From contig JAFXUM010000220.1 of NCBI GenBank assembly GCA_017524965.1, positions 1 to 46,634 on the forward strand: DNA of 46,634 nucleotides. Reading direction: 5' to 3'. The notes under the pieces were generated by a model. That model saw only the letters and a program-made list of their open reading frames with translations, was not told the origin of the DNA and ran no database searches. Every line of letters begins with the position of its first letter. Positions within the stretch are counted from its first letter, which is position 1. A program made the position numbers and the translations under genes. Shown here in pieces: positions 12,588 to 21,208 of this stretch. The DNA is from Lentisphaeria bacterium. Lineage in GTDB: Bacteria; Verrucomicrobiota; Lentisphaeria; Victivallales; UBA1829.

Positions 12588-15226
12588 ACGACGACACCAC
12601 ATTCGAAGACCTGATCGAAGCGTATCTGGAGATGTTCCGGGGCGGGACGGCTCCGGAGATCGCCGATTTCGCGCACCTCCACCCGGAATACGCGGACCGT
12701 CTGGCGGAGCTTCTGCCGCTGATGGTGAAGATGGAGAACTGCGCCGCCGATACGCGCCGGGACCATGCCGTCTCCGGCGGAGAATTCCCCGACCTGAGCG
12801 GATCGGATTACCGTCTGATCCGGAAGATCGGCGCGGGCGGCATGGGCGAGGTCTTCGAGGCCATGCAGATCTCGCTGGACCGGAAAGTCGCCGTGAAGGT
12901 GCTGTCGCCGTCGCTGACGTCCGACCCGGCGCAGCGGGAACAGTTCGAGAACGAGGCGCGCGTGATCGCGATGCTCCACCATCCGAACATCGTGAAGATC
13001 TATAACGCGGGCGTCAGCGCCGACCGCTGCTACTACGCCATGGAGCTGATCAACGGCACCGGGCTGAACCATTATGAAATGAACGCCCCGCGCGAGATCG
13101 CGCGTCTGGGGCTTCAAGCCGCCCGCGCGCTCGCCTACGCCCACCGGTGCGGCGTCCTGCACTGCGACGTGAAGCCCGCGAACATGCTGCTGGACACGCA
13201 GGGCGAGCTCCACATCGGCGACTTCGGACTGGCGTTCGTGCTGAAGGACGCAGTCGGAAAGCCGGGCAGATCGGGGATGCGGAGCGGGACCCTGCGCTAC
13301 ATGGCGCCCGAACGCCTCGGACACGGCATCAAGTCGTTCGCCGGGGACCAGTACGCGTTCGGCGTGACGCTCTACGAACTCATCACGCATGCCCCGGTCC
13401 TGCCGGAACAGAACCCGCAGAAACTGATCGACCGCATCCGCTCCGGCCCCCTACCCCCGCTTCAGTGCGCCGAACCGGACCTCGCCGCGATCGTCAACCG
13501 CTGCATCGCCTTCGATCCGTCGGCGCGGTATCCGGGCATGGCGGAAGTCGCGGCGGACCTGGAGCATTTCCTCCGGCACGAACCGGTCTCCGCGGCGGAC
13601 ACGTCGGCGTTCCGGCGGTTCCGGCTGTGGTCGAAACGCAAGCCCGCGGTGGCGGCGCTGAGTCTGCTGGCTTTGACCGCGATCGCCGCGTTCGCGGCCG
13701 CCGTGACGGTCGGCTATATCCGCACCAATTCCGCGCTGAAACTGGCCGAAAAAAACGCCGCCGCCGCGAACGCCGCGCTGTCCGACATCTTCGCCCACAT
13801 CGAACACCGCACGCCGACTTCGAGCGGCAGCGAACTGCTTTCCCGCCTCATGCCGTATTATCAGGACATCGCCGAACAGCGCAATCTGCCGCAGTCGGAG
13901 ATCGCGGACATGAACCTGCTGATCGGAACGGCAGCCATGCGCTCCGGCAACTATCCGCTCGCCGAAAACGCGTTCCGGCGCGCAGGCGAACTCCGGACCG
14001 ACGCCGTCACGCTGAATCTGCTCGCCGCGGCGCTCCGGCAGCAGGGGAAGACCATGCAGGCGGACCAGCTGTCGCGTCAGGTCATCGCGGATTATCCGCA
14101 TTCCTGCGAGGCGGTCGCCGCCTATCAGTCGCTCGGAGAATACGACGCGGCGTTCGATCTGGTGCGTTCGCTCCTTCAGGACGAACCGGAAAATCCCGAC
14201 TATCTCTACCAGTACGTCCTGCTGCTGGAGACGCAGCCCGGTCTCGCGGCGTCCGGCCCGGTCGCGGGCATCGACCCGGATCCGCCGGGGATCCTCGGCA
14301 GACTGGCGAAACAGTACCCCGACCGCATGGAATTCTCCCTGGCGCTCGTCGACCTGACGAGCCGTCGGCTGAACACGCTGACGCGGTTCGCACAGGAGGA
14401 CAGGCAGTCGCTCGAACAGGCGCTGGCTCTGGCCGACCGCCTGCTGGCTTGGTATCCGAATACGCCGGAAGTCGCCTCGGCCGCGGTCGAACTTTACACT
14501 GCCTACATCGCACGGCTGCGCCGGAGCGGCGACCAGGCCGCCGTGCGAAGCGAATCGGCGCGCCTTCAGGGCATGCTGGAGATCCTGTACCGCGGCCCGG
14601 ATTCCCCGGACGAGGTGAAGGAACCCCTGCTCGAAATGCAGCTGGAACAGCTGGAGCAGATGAACCAGCCCCCGCGGAATCAGGCCGGAACGGTCCTGGA
14701 ACTCGCCGCGAAAATCCGGGACGAACTGAACGACTACCACGGGGACAGACTGGCGGAATTCCGGACGGAACTGGCCGCGCTTGAGGCGAAGCTTCCGGCC
14801 GCGGCCCGGCCGGGCACGGGACGTCAGCCCGTCCAGCCCGGACGCCAGCCCGCCGTTCAGCCGGGACGCCAGCCGGGCAGACAGAATCCGCTTCAGCAGC
14901 AGCCGAGGACCGCGTGGACGCGGACTCCGGGCGGCGGCGGTTCGGCGGGGACTGTCCCGCAGGCCGGCAGAGGCGGACGCGGCGGAAACCTCTTCATGCC
15001 GCCCGCCGGAGGCATGATGCGCCCGTTCGCGCCGAACAACCGTTCGACGTTCGGACGCAGAGAGCAGACGCAGGGCGGATCCCGTCCGGAACGCGCCGGG
15101 CGTAACGACGGTCAGAATCCCGCCGGACGAAACGGCGCGGACGGCGGACGAAACGACGGTCAGAATCCCGCCGGACGCGACAATGCGGGAAATGAGCGTA
15201 ACGCTACTGAAAGCGGACGCAATTAA
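12584..15226 (+). CDS. Membrane Ser/Thr protein kinase with an N-terminal ECF-associated domain, one TM helix, a TPR-like extracytoplasmic region and an R/G/Q/P-rich tail
   Basis: The GTG start overlaps the sigma stop (GTGA). Kinase motifs: GAGGMGEV, VAVK, HCDVKPANML, DFG and YMAPE. The TM helix is AVAALSLLALTAIAAFAAAVTV. The tail reads GRQPVQPGRQPAVQPGRQPGRQ...GRNDGQNPAGRN (twice). The track ORF start at 12146 overlaps the sigma gene and was rejected. Confidence 0.88.
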   Translation: MNDDTTFEDLIEAYLEMFRGGTAPEIADFAHLHPEYADRLAELLPLMVKMENCAADTRRDHAVSGGEFPDLSGSDYRLIRKIGAGGMGEVFEAMQISLDRKVAVKVLSPSLTSDPAQREQFENEARVIAMLHHPNIVKIYNAGVSADRCYYAMELINGTGLNHYEMNAPREIARLGLQAARALAYAHRCGVLHCDVKPANMLLDTQGELHIGDFGLAFVLKDAVGKPGRSGMRSGTLRYMAPERLGHGIKSFAGDQYAFGVTLYELITHAPVLPEQNPQKLIDRIRSGPLPPLQCAEPDLAAIVNRCIAFDPSARYPGMAEVAADLEHFLRHEPVSAADTSAFRRFRLWSKRKPAVAALSLLALTAIAAFAAAVTVGYIRTNSALKLAEKNAAAANAALSDIFAHIEHRTPTSSGSELLSRLMPYYQDIAEQRNLPQSEIADMNLLIGTAAMRSGNYPLAENAFRRAGELRTDAVTLNLLAAALRQQGKTMQADQLSRQVIADYPHSCEAVAAYQSLGEYDAAFDLVRSLLQDEPENPDYLYQYVLLLETQPGLAASGPVAGIDPDPPGILGRLAKQYPDRMEFSLALVDLTSRRLNTLTRFAQEDRQSLEQALALADRLLAWYPNTPEVASAAVELYTAYIARLRRSGDQAAVRSESARLQGMLEILYRGPDSPDEVKEPLLEMQLEQLEQMNQPPRNQAGTVLELAAKIRDELNDYHGDRLAEFRTELAALEAKLPAAARPGTGRQPVQPGRQPAVQPGRQPGRQNPLQQQPRTAWTRTPGGGGSAGTVPQAGRGGRGGNLFMPPAGGMMRPFAPNNRSTFGRREQTQGGSRPERAGRNDGQNPAGRNGADGGRNDGQNPAGRDNAGNERNATESGRN

Positions 15227-15274
15227 GCCGGGAAACAAAACTCCGTCCGGCCCCGGAAACGGATGAAAACGGGG

Positions 15275-16438
15275 TCAGTGTTCGATCGTGGAGAGCAGAT
15301 ACCGGGCGGCGTTGGCCGTGGCGTTCTCCGAACCGGGCGCGAGCATCCGCCTCAGTTCCTCCATGTCGCGTTCGACCTCGGCCCTGCGGGAACCGCCGGG
15401 CAGGATGCGCTCCATGGCGTCGGCCAGGACGGCGGGACGAACCTGGAACTGGAGAAATTCCTCGAACGACTTCTTGTTGAGGATGATGTCGACCATCGTG
15501 AAGGCGTTGCGGAAAAGTTTCCGGATGACCAGGATCGCGAGGATGAACGTGATGTAGTTGAGCCGGTATGCCACCACGAGCGGCAGCCCGGCGATGGCGC
15601 ATTCGACCGTGACGGTCCCCGACGCGGCAAGCCCCGCGGTGCACACCTGGACGGCGCGCGGCGTATCGCCGCATTTGACCTCAAGCTTGACGTCGGTCAT
15701 CTCGGGGTGCTTCCGCATGAAATCGTCGACCCCGGCCATGACGTCCCGGTAGGTCTTCTCGCGCGGCAGGGAGATCGTGAAATACAGTTCGGGATGCCGC
15801 TGATGCAGGATCAGCACCGTCTTCAGGAAAGGCACGAGCAGGCGGGACGTCTCGCTGCCGCGGCTGCCCGGCAGGATCAGGATGTGGTTCGGGTCGCGCT
15901 TCAGCGACGGATCGGTGCGCTCGCGGATGATCTCGATGAGCGGATGCCCGCCGAAATGCGTCTCGAGGCCGGAACCGGCCCAGACCTCCTCCTCGAACGG
16001 GAAGATCACGATGAGTTTGCGGCAGTATTTCGCGATGCGCGGGATGTTGGATTTGCGCCACACCCACACCTGGGGACTGACGAACCAGACGACCGGAATG
16101 CCGAGCTTCCAGAGCTGTTTCGCGAGGCGGATGTTGAATCCCGGATTGTCGATCACCATGACGACGTCCGGGCGCTCCTTCTTCGCGAGCTCGATGCAAT
16201 CGAAGAAGATGCGGATGAACGTGCCGATCTTCTCCAGAACTTCGATGACCCCGACCACGCCCAGCTCGGAGGAATCCACGAAGATGTCCACGCCCGCCTC
16301 GCGCATGCGGGGACCGCCCATGCCGCGAACGGTCGCGCCGGGGCACTGTTTCATCACTTCCCGCGCGATGCGTGCGCCGTACAGGTCGCCGGACGATTCG
16401 CCGGACATGATCCAGATGAGCGGTTTTTCCTGACTCAT
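15275..16438 (-). CDS. lpxB: Lipid-A-disaccharide synthase
   Basis: 387 aa. IWIMSGESSGDLYGARIA...GGPRM are typical LpxB N-terminal motifs. SD gggag. Confidence 0.9.
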   Translation of the reverse strand: MSQEKPLIWIMSGESSGDLYGARIAREVMKQCPGATVRGMGGPRMREAGVDIFVDSSELGVVGVIEVLEKIGTFIRIFFDCIELAKKERPDVVMVIDNPGFNIRLAKQLWKLGIPVVWFVSPQVWVWRKSNIPRIAKYCRKLIVIFPFEEEVWAGSGLETHFGGHPLIEIIRERTDPSLKRDPNHILILPGSRGSETSRLLVPFLKTVLILHQRHPELYFTISLPREKTYRDVMAGVDDFMRKHPEMTDVKLEVKCGDTPRAVQVCTAGLAASGTVTVECAIAGLPLVVAYRLNYITFILAILVIRKLFRNAFTMVDIILNKKSFEEFLQFQVRPAVLADAMERILPGGSRRAEVERDMEELRRMLAPGSENATANAARYLLSTIEH

Positions 16439-16465
16439 AACAAAAAACTCCCGAGATGCGAGAAA

Positions 16466-17920
16466 TTATTTCTTGCGGCGTTTCTTCTTCGGCGGGGTGT
16501 AGTTGCTCCCGCGCATGCGGAATCCGCCCATGCCGCCCATCCCTCCGAAGCCGCCCATGCCGCCCATCCCTCCGAAGCCGCCCATGCCGCCCATGCCGCC
16601 GCCGAAGCCGCCGCGCATGCCGCCGGCCATCCGGTCGAGCAGGCTGTTGTTCTTCATGACTTTCTTCATGAGGAGGAACTGCTTGATGAGCTGGGAGACT
16701 TCCTCGACGGGGCGTCCGGAGCCCTTCGCGATGCGTTTGCGCCGGGACATGTCGATCTGCTCGGCGTTGGCGCGTTCGTATTTGGTCATGGAGAGGATGA
16801 TCGCCTCCATGCCCGCGAACTTCGAGGGCGCGAGCTCGGCGATGCCGGAGAGCTTGTCGCCGCCGGGCAGGAATTTCAGGATGGCTTCGAGGCCGCCGAG
16901 GCGCGTCATCTGGCGCAGCTGGCCCAGGAAGTCGTCGAAGTCGAACGTGTTCTTGCGGATCTTCTCCTCGAACTTCGCCGCTTCCTCCTGGTCGATCTTC
17001 TCCACGGCGCGTTCGACCAGCGACACCACGTCGCCCATGCCGAGGATGCGGGACGCCATGCGGTCCGGGTGGAAGACGTCGAGGTCCTCCATCTTTTCGC
17101 CGGACCCCGTGAACTTGACGGGGCAGCCGGTGACCTTGCGGATGGAGAGGGCCGCGCCGCCGCGCGCGTCGCCGTCGAGCTTGGTAAGCACGATGCCGGT
17201 GATGTGGAGCGCGTCGTTGAAGTGGCGCGCCACGGAGACGGCCTGTTGACCGAGGGCGGCGTCCGCCACGAGCAGGATCTCGCCCGCCTGCGTCACACTG
17301 GACACCATCACGAGCTCCTGCACCATCGCGGTGTCGATCTGGAGACGGCCCGCGGTGTCGATGATCAGGAAGTCGGCGTTGTCGGAACGTGCACGTTCGA
17401 GCGCACGGAGCGCGATGCCGGGGACGTCCCCGACGCCTTCCTCCGCGTAGACCGGGACGCCGATCTCGCCGCCGAGCACCTTCAGCTGGTCGATGGCGGC
17501 GGGACGGTACACGTCGCAGGCCGCAAGAAGGACCTTTTTGCCTTTGTTTTTTAGGTGCAGCGCGAGCTTGGCGCTGGTGGTCGTCTTGCCGGAGCCGTGC
17601 AGACCGACCATGAGGATGATGTTCGGATGCGCTCCTGTGTTGAGTTCCGCCTCGGCGGAGCCCATAAGTTCGACGAGCTTGTCGTGTACGATCTTGACCG
17701 CCTGCTGTCCGGGCGTGACGCTCTTCACGACGGCTTCGCCGAGGCACGCCTGCCGGACCTCGGAAACGAACTCGTCGGCGATCTCGATATTGACGTCGGC
17801 GTCGATCAGAGCGTCGCGGACGTCCTGCATGGATTCGGCGATATTGGATTCGGAAATGGTCGTCTGGCCGCGGAGTTTGCGGAAGACTTCCTGGAACTTG
17901 TCGGAAAGATTTTCAAACAT
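16466..17920 (-). CDS. ffh: Signal recognition particle protein Ffh with a (GGM/GGF)n plus polybasic C-terminal tail
   Basis: 484 aa. The N/G domain carries GLHGSGKTTTSAKLA, DTAGRL and TKLDGDARGG. The M domain follows. The tail is GGMRGGFGGGMGGMGGFGGMGGMGGFGGMGGMGGFRMRGSNYTPPKKKRRKK. Confidence 0.95.
   Translation of the reverse strand: MFENLSDKFQEVFRKLRGQTTISESNIAESMQDVRDALIDADVNIEIADEFVSEVRQACLGEAVVKSVTPGQQAVKIVHDKLVELMGSAEAELNTGAHPNIILMVGLHGSGKTTTSAKLALHLKNKGKKVLLAACDVYRPAAIDQLKVLGGEIGVPVYAEEGVGDVPGIALRALERARSDNADFLIIDTAGRLQIDTAMVQELVMVSSVTQAGEILLVADAALGQQAVSVARHFNDALHITGIVLTKLDGDARGGAALSIRKVTGCPVKFTGSGEKMEDLDVFHPDRMASRILGMGDVVSLVERAVEKIDQEEAAKFEEKIRKNTFDFDDFLGQLRQMTRLGGLEAILKFLPGGDKLSGIAELAPSKFAGMEAIILSMTKYERANAEQIDMSRRKRIAKGSGRPVEEVSQLIKQFLLMKKVMKNNSLLDRMAGGMRGGFGGGMGGMGGFGGMGGMGGFGGMGGMGGFRMRGSNYTPPKKKRRKK
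16529..16609. repeat. 27-nt tandem repeat (2 perfect units plus 1 degenerate) encoding the Ffh Gly/Met tail
   Basis: catgccgcccatccctccgaagccgcc occurs at 16529-16555 and 16556-16582. A degenerate copy lies at 16583-16609. Confidence 0.9.
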
Positions 17921-17938
17921 TTTACGGTCTCTTGCGCT

Positions 17939-17967
17939 TTGAAAAAATACATGCGGTGCTATATTAT
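17939..17967 (+). promoter_or_regulatory. Sigma70-type promoter TTGAAA-N17-TATTAT for the pseudouridine synthase gene
   Basis: Hexamers at 17939-17944 and 17962-17967, about 60 nt upstream of the ATG at 18029. Confidence 0.5.
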
Positions 17968-17991
17968 AGCATAAGAATCAGAAAATTCTAA
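17963..17991 (-). promoter_or_regulatory. Sigma70-type promoter TTAGAA-N17-TGcTATAAT (extended -10) for ffh
   Basis: On the minus strand the -35 is at 17986-17991 and the -10 at 17963-17968, preceded by TGc. This -10 overlaps the -10 of the divergent plus-strand promoter. Confidence 0.5.
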
Positions 17992-18028
17992 TCCGAACCC
18001 GAAAAAACACCCTTTTTTTATTGAAATC

Positions 18029-19000
18029 ATGCAGGAACGCACCATCAGAACCGTCGCCGGACCGGAACTCGAAGGCGTCCGTCTGGACCATTTCCTAACG
18101 GGGCGGTTCACCTACCAGTCCCGGACCGGATGGCAGTCGGTCATCCGCGAGGGACGGATCGCGGTCAACGGCATCCGGGTGCGCGCCTCGCGCCGCCTCC
18201 ACGCGGGCGACGTGATCACGTTCGACGTGCGGGGGATCGCTGAGCCGGAGGTCGACCCGTCGTACTCGGTCGTGCTGGACCGCCCCGGTTTTCTGGTGGT
18301 GTCGAAATCGGGCTGCCTGCCGGTCCATCCGTCGGGCTGTTATTTCCGGAACACGCTGCTGATGCTGATGAGGGAACAGTACGGCGAGCTGTTCGTCGTG
18401 AACAGACTGGACCGGGAGACGTCCGGGCTGGTCGTGCTCGCGAAAGATGCGGCGACGGCGGGCGTTCTGAGCGGACTTTTCGCGTCGCGCCAGGTGGAGA
18501 AAACGTACCTCGCAGCCGTGTTCGGCGCGTTCCCGGCGGGCATGGTTGAAAAAAACGGCTGGCTGTCGTCCGATCCAGCGTCCCCGGTGCGGAAAAAACG
18601 GCGGTTCACGGAGACCGATCCGGGCACGGAGGACGCCGAACCGTGCGCCACGGAGTTCACCTGTCTGAAGACCTGCGGAGATTACAGCCTCGTTGAATGC
18701 CGCCCTCACACGGGGCGTCTGCACCAGATCCGTGCCACGCTCCATTCCTGCGGATTCCCGCTCGTCGGCGACAAGCTCTACGGCCCGGACGACACGGTCT
18801 TCCTGCGGTTCACGGAGGACGCCATGACGGACGCCGACCGCGCGGCGCTGGTCCTGCCGACGCAGGCGCTCCACGCATGGCGGCTGTACTTCACCGTCCC
18901 GGGCACGGGCGAAACGGTCCGATGCGAAAGCGCGCCGCCTGACGCGATGCTGAAGCTTTTCGGGCCGGATGCGGACGGCATTTTGGCGGAACGCGCTTGA
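18029..19000 (+). CDS. rluD: RluA-family 23S rRNA pseudouridine synthase (RluD/RluC-like) with an S4 domain
   Basis: 323 aa. RLDHFL...I..GRIAVNG is S4-like. The catalytic block is VVNRLDRETSGLVVLAKD. HQIRATL is also present. Confidence 0.85.
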   Translation: MQERTIRTVAGPELEGVRLDHFLTGRFTYQSRTGWQSVIREGRIAVNGIRVRASRRLHAGDVITFDVRGIAEPEVDPSYSVVLDRPGFLVVSKSGCLPVHPSGCYFRNTLLMLMREQYGELFVVNRLDRETSGLVVLAKDAATAGVLSGLFASRQVEKTYLAAVFGAFPAGMVEKNGWLSSDPASPVRKKRRFTETDPGTEDAEPCATEFTCLKTCGDYSLVECRPHTGRLHQIRATLHSCGFPLVGDKLYGPDDTVFLRFTEDAMTDADRAALVLPTQALHAWRLYFTVPGTGETVRCESAPPDAMLKLFGPDADGILAERA

Positions 19001-19025
19001 CAAAACGCATTTTTCGCAGTATATT
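18997..19025 (+). promoter_or_regulatory. Near-consensus sigma70 promoter TTGACA-N17-TATATT
   Basis: The -35 at 18997-19002 overlaps the rluD stop codon. The -10 is at 19020-19025, about 70 nt upstream of the lipoprotein ATG at 19095. Confidence 0.65.
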
Positions 19026-19094
19026 GTATGGAATGACTTTATTGCAAGAACACGCACCGTGTTTTTCACGAACCAACCCCGAAAGGAAACGGAA

Positions 19095-19463
19095 ATGATC
19101 CGGCGGATGATCCTGACATTAGCCTGCGCCGCGCTTGCCGCGACGACCGTTTCCTGCGGCTATTTCCAGGCGAAGCACCAGCGCGACAAACTCGCGGACG
19201 TCCGGGTCGGCATGACGAAGGACCAGGTCGCCGGGATCGCCGGGGACCCGCTCGGCAAGGAGCTGTACGCCACGGACAACTACTGGTTCTACTACACCAG
19301 TCCGAAATGGTACGACGGTATGATCACCCAGGACGAATGCACGCCGTTTTTCTTCGACGACGACGGCGTTCTGCAGGGCTGGGGCAACCGCTATTTCCGC
19401 GAGAAGGGCATCATGTCCGTCTGGACACAGAAATCCATCAACAGCGCAATCTGGTTTTTCTAA
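19095..19463 (+). CDS. bamE: SmpA/OmlA (BamE-like) outer-membrane lipoprotein
   Basis: The internal ATG at 19095 gives MIRRMILTLACAALAATTVSC (lipobox), followed by VRVGMTKDQVAGIAGDP, typical of BamE/SmpA_OmlA. The longer track ORF start (18969) lies upstream of the promoter. Confidence 0.65.
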   Translation: MIRRMILTLACAALAATTVSCGYFQAKHQRDKLADVRVGMTKDQVAGIAGDPLGKELYATDNYWFYYTSPKWYDGMITQDECTPFFFDDDGVLQGWGNRYFREKGIMSVWTQKSINSAIWFF

Positions 19464-19482
19464 CCATCCCGAAAGCATACGC

Positions 19483-19755
19483 ATGCACCAGCAAACCGTC
19501 GTAATCCGCAACAAAGCCGGCATCCACTGCCGCCCGTCCAGCGTCATCATGTTCACCGCCGAACCCTATGCGGCCACGCATGAGATCCTGATCACCGGCC
19601 CCCGGGGCGCATCCAGGCTCACCAGCATCCTCGATCTGCTCACCATGGGGCTTCAGAAAGGCGAGGAGGTCACGATCGCCGTGACCGGGGAAAAAGAGGA
19701 AGAGCTCTGCAACAAACTCGCGGAACTCTTCGAGACCGAATTCGACTTCACCTGA
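19483..19755 (+). CDS. ptsH: HPr/NPr-family phosphocarrier protein
   Basis: 90 aa. The active-site His15 context is NKAGIHCRPS. The size and fold pattern are HPr-like. It lies directly upstream of trkA. Confidence 0.8.
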   Translation: MHQQTVVIRNKAGIHCRPSSVIMFTAEPYAATHEILITGPRGASRLTSILDLLTMGLQKGEEVTIAVTGEKEEELCNKLAELFETEFDFT

Positions 19756-19837
19756 CAACCGTCTGTCCGGCCGGAAAACAGCCTTTCGCACTTTCTGAAC
19801 AAGCTGTGACCGCCGGGACCGGAGGAGAACCGTTTTT

Positions 19838-21196
19838 ATGAACATCATCGTGATCGGAGCGGGCGAACTGGGACGTCTTCTGGCGTCCGCGCTCAGCGAG
19901 GAGGACCACGACGTCGTGGTCGTGGACAGCGACGCGGACGAGCTCGCACGGATTGCCGACAAGTTCGACGCCATGACCGTCGCGGGAAGCTGTTCCAGCG
20001 TCAGCACAATGAAGCAGGCCGGAGCGGAAACGGCGGACGCCGTGCTGGCCGTGAGCGGCGACGAGGCCGCGAACATCCTCGCATGCCAGATCGCGAACAA
20101 GCTCGGCGTGAAGCATACCGTCTGCCGCCTGTACAGCAACGACTGTTTCTCCGAGGACGACGGCATCAGCCCGGCGACCTACGGTCTCTGGCGCACCTTC
20201 TCCTCGCCCGAGGAATCCGCCGAAAAGATCCTGGCGGTCCTCGCCAACCCGATCACGCTCGAATCCATCACCTTCACCCGGCCGGACGCCGCCATGCTCG
20301 TACTCGAGATCACGCGTTCCAGCGTCCTGCAGGGCGTCCGCATCCGCGACATCCCCGGCCCGGAACTTCTCCGCAAGATCCGCTTCGCCGCGCTCGTCCG
20401 CGACCGCCAGCTGCTGATCCCGCACGGCGACACCCTGCTGATCCCCGGCGACCGCGTGTACGTGGCGGGCCGCAAGGAGGACATCGACGCGTTCGTGGAA
20501 TGGGCAACGCCGGAAAACGCCGCGAAGCCGTCGCGCATCATCGTGTCCGGCGACGACGACGCCAGCGTGATCGTGGCGCGCAGGGCGCACGAACTCGGAT
20601 TCGGCGTCCGCATGATCGTGCGCGACGAAAAGACCGGCGAACGCATCCAGGACGGTATCCCGCCCGGGATCATGGTCCTGCACGGCGACCCGACCGACGA
20701 ATCCCTGCTGGACGACGCCGGGATCGCCGCCTCCGACGTGTTCGTCAGCGTCACGCAGGACGACGAGGAGAACATCCTCTCCTGCATCATCGCCAAGCGC
20801 CTCGGCGCGAAGAAGGTCATCAGCCTGACGCACCGCCCCGAATACATCCGCATCGCCCGCGAGCTGGGCCCCATCGACTGCGCCTTCAGCGCCACGCTCG
20901 TCGCCGCGAACTCCGTGCTGCGTCTCCTCGAGGGCGGCAACAAACGCGTCGACGTCCAGCTGCAGAGCCTCAAAGCCGCCATCTCCGAGTTTCACATCAC
21001 CGGCAGTTCCCCCCTGTGCGGCAAGGCCATTTCCGCCGCAAAGCTCCCCGCCAGTCTCGTCCTCGCGCTCGTCTTCCGCGGCAGCGAGATCTTCGCGCCC
21101 GCCGGAGACACCGTCCTGCTCGAGGGCGACACCGTGGTCGCGGTCGTCACGAGGGACACCCTGCGCATGATCGACAAGATATTCCCTGCGAAATAA
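19838..21196 (+). CDS. trkA: Trk potassium uptake system NAD-binding protein TrkA (two tandem RCK halves)
   Basis: 452 aa. MNIIVIGAGELGRLLA...HDVVVVDSD and a second Rossmann repeat IIVSGDDDASVIVA. SD ggagga. Confidence 0.9.
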   Translation: MNIIVIGAGELGRLLASALSEEDHDVVVVDSDADELARIADKFDAMTVAGSCSSVSTMKQAGAETADAVLAVSGDEAANILACQIANKLGVKHTVCRLYSNDCFSEDDGISPATYGLWRTFSSPEESAEKILAVLANPITLESITFTRPDAAMLVLEITRSSVLQGVRIRDIPGPELLRKIRFAALVRDRQLLIPHGDTLLIPGDRVYVAGRKEDIDAFVEWATPENAAKPSRIIVSGDDDASVIVARRAHELGFGVRMIVRDEKTGERIQDGIPPGIMVLHGDPTDESLLDDAGIAASDVFVSVTQDDEENILSCIIAKRLGAKKVISLTHRPEYIRIARELGPIDCAFSATLVAANSVLRLLEGGNKRVDVQLQSLKAAISEFHITGSSPLCGKAISAAKLPASLVLALVFRGSEIFAPAGDTVLLEGDTVVAVVTRDTLRMIDKIFPAK

Positions 21197-21208
21197 CGCT
21201 TCCGGCTT

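Noticed and set aside
15263-17554. 763-aa plus-strand ORF, plus the 688-aa minus-strand ORF 15681-17747
   Set aside because: Both overlap lpxB and ffh in other frames or on the other strand. lpxB and ffh carry strong conserved motifs, and the alternatives are Arg/Gly/His-rich nonsense.
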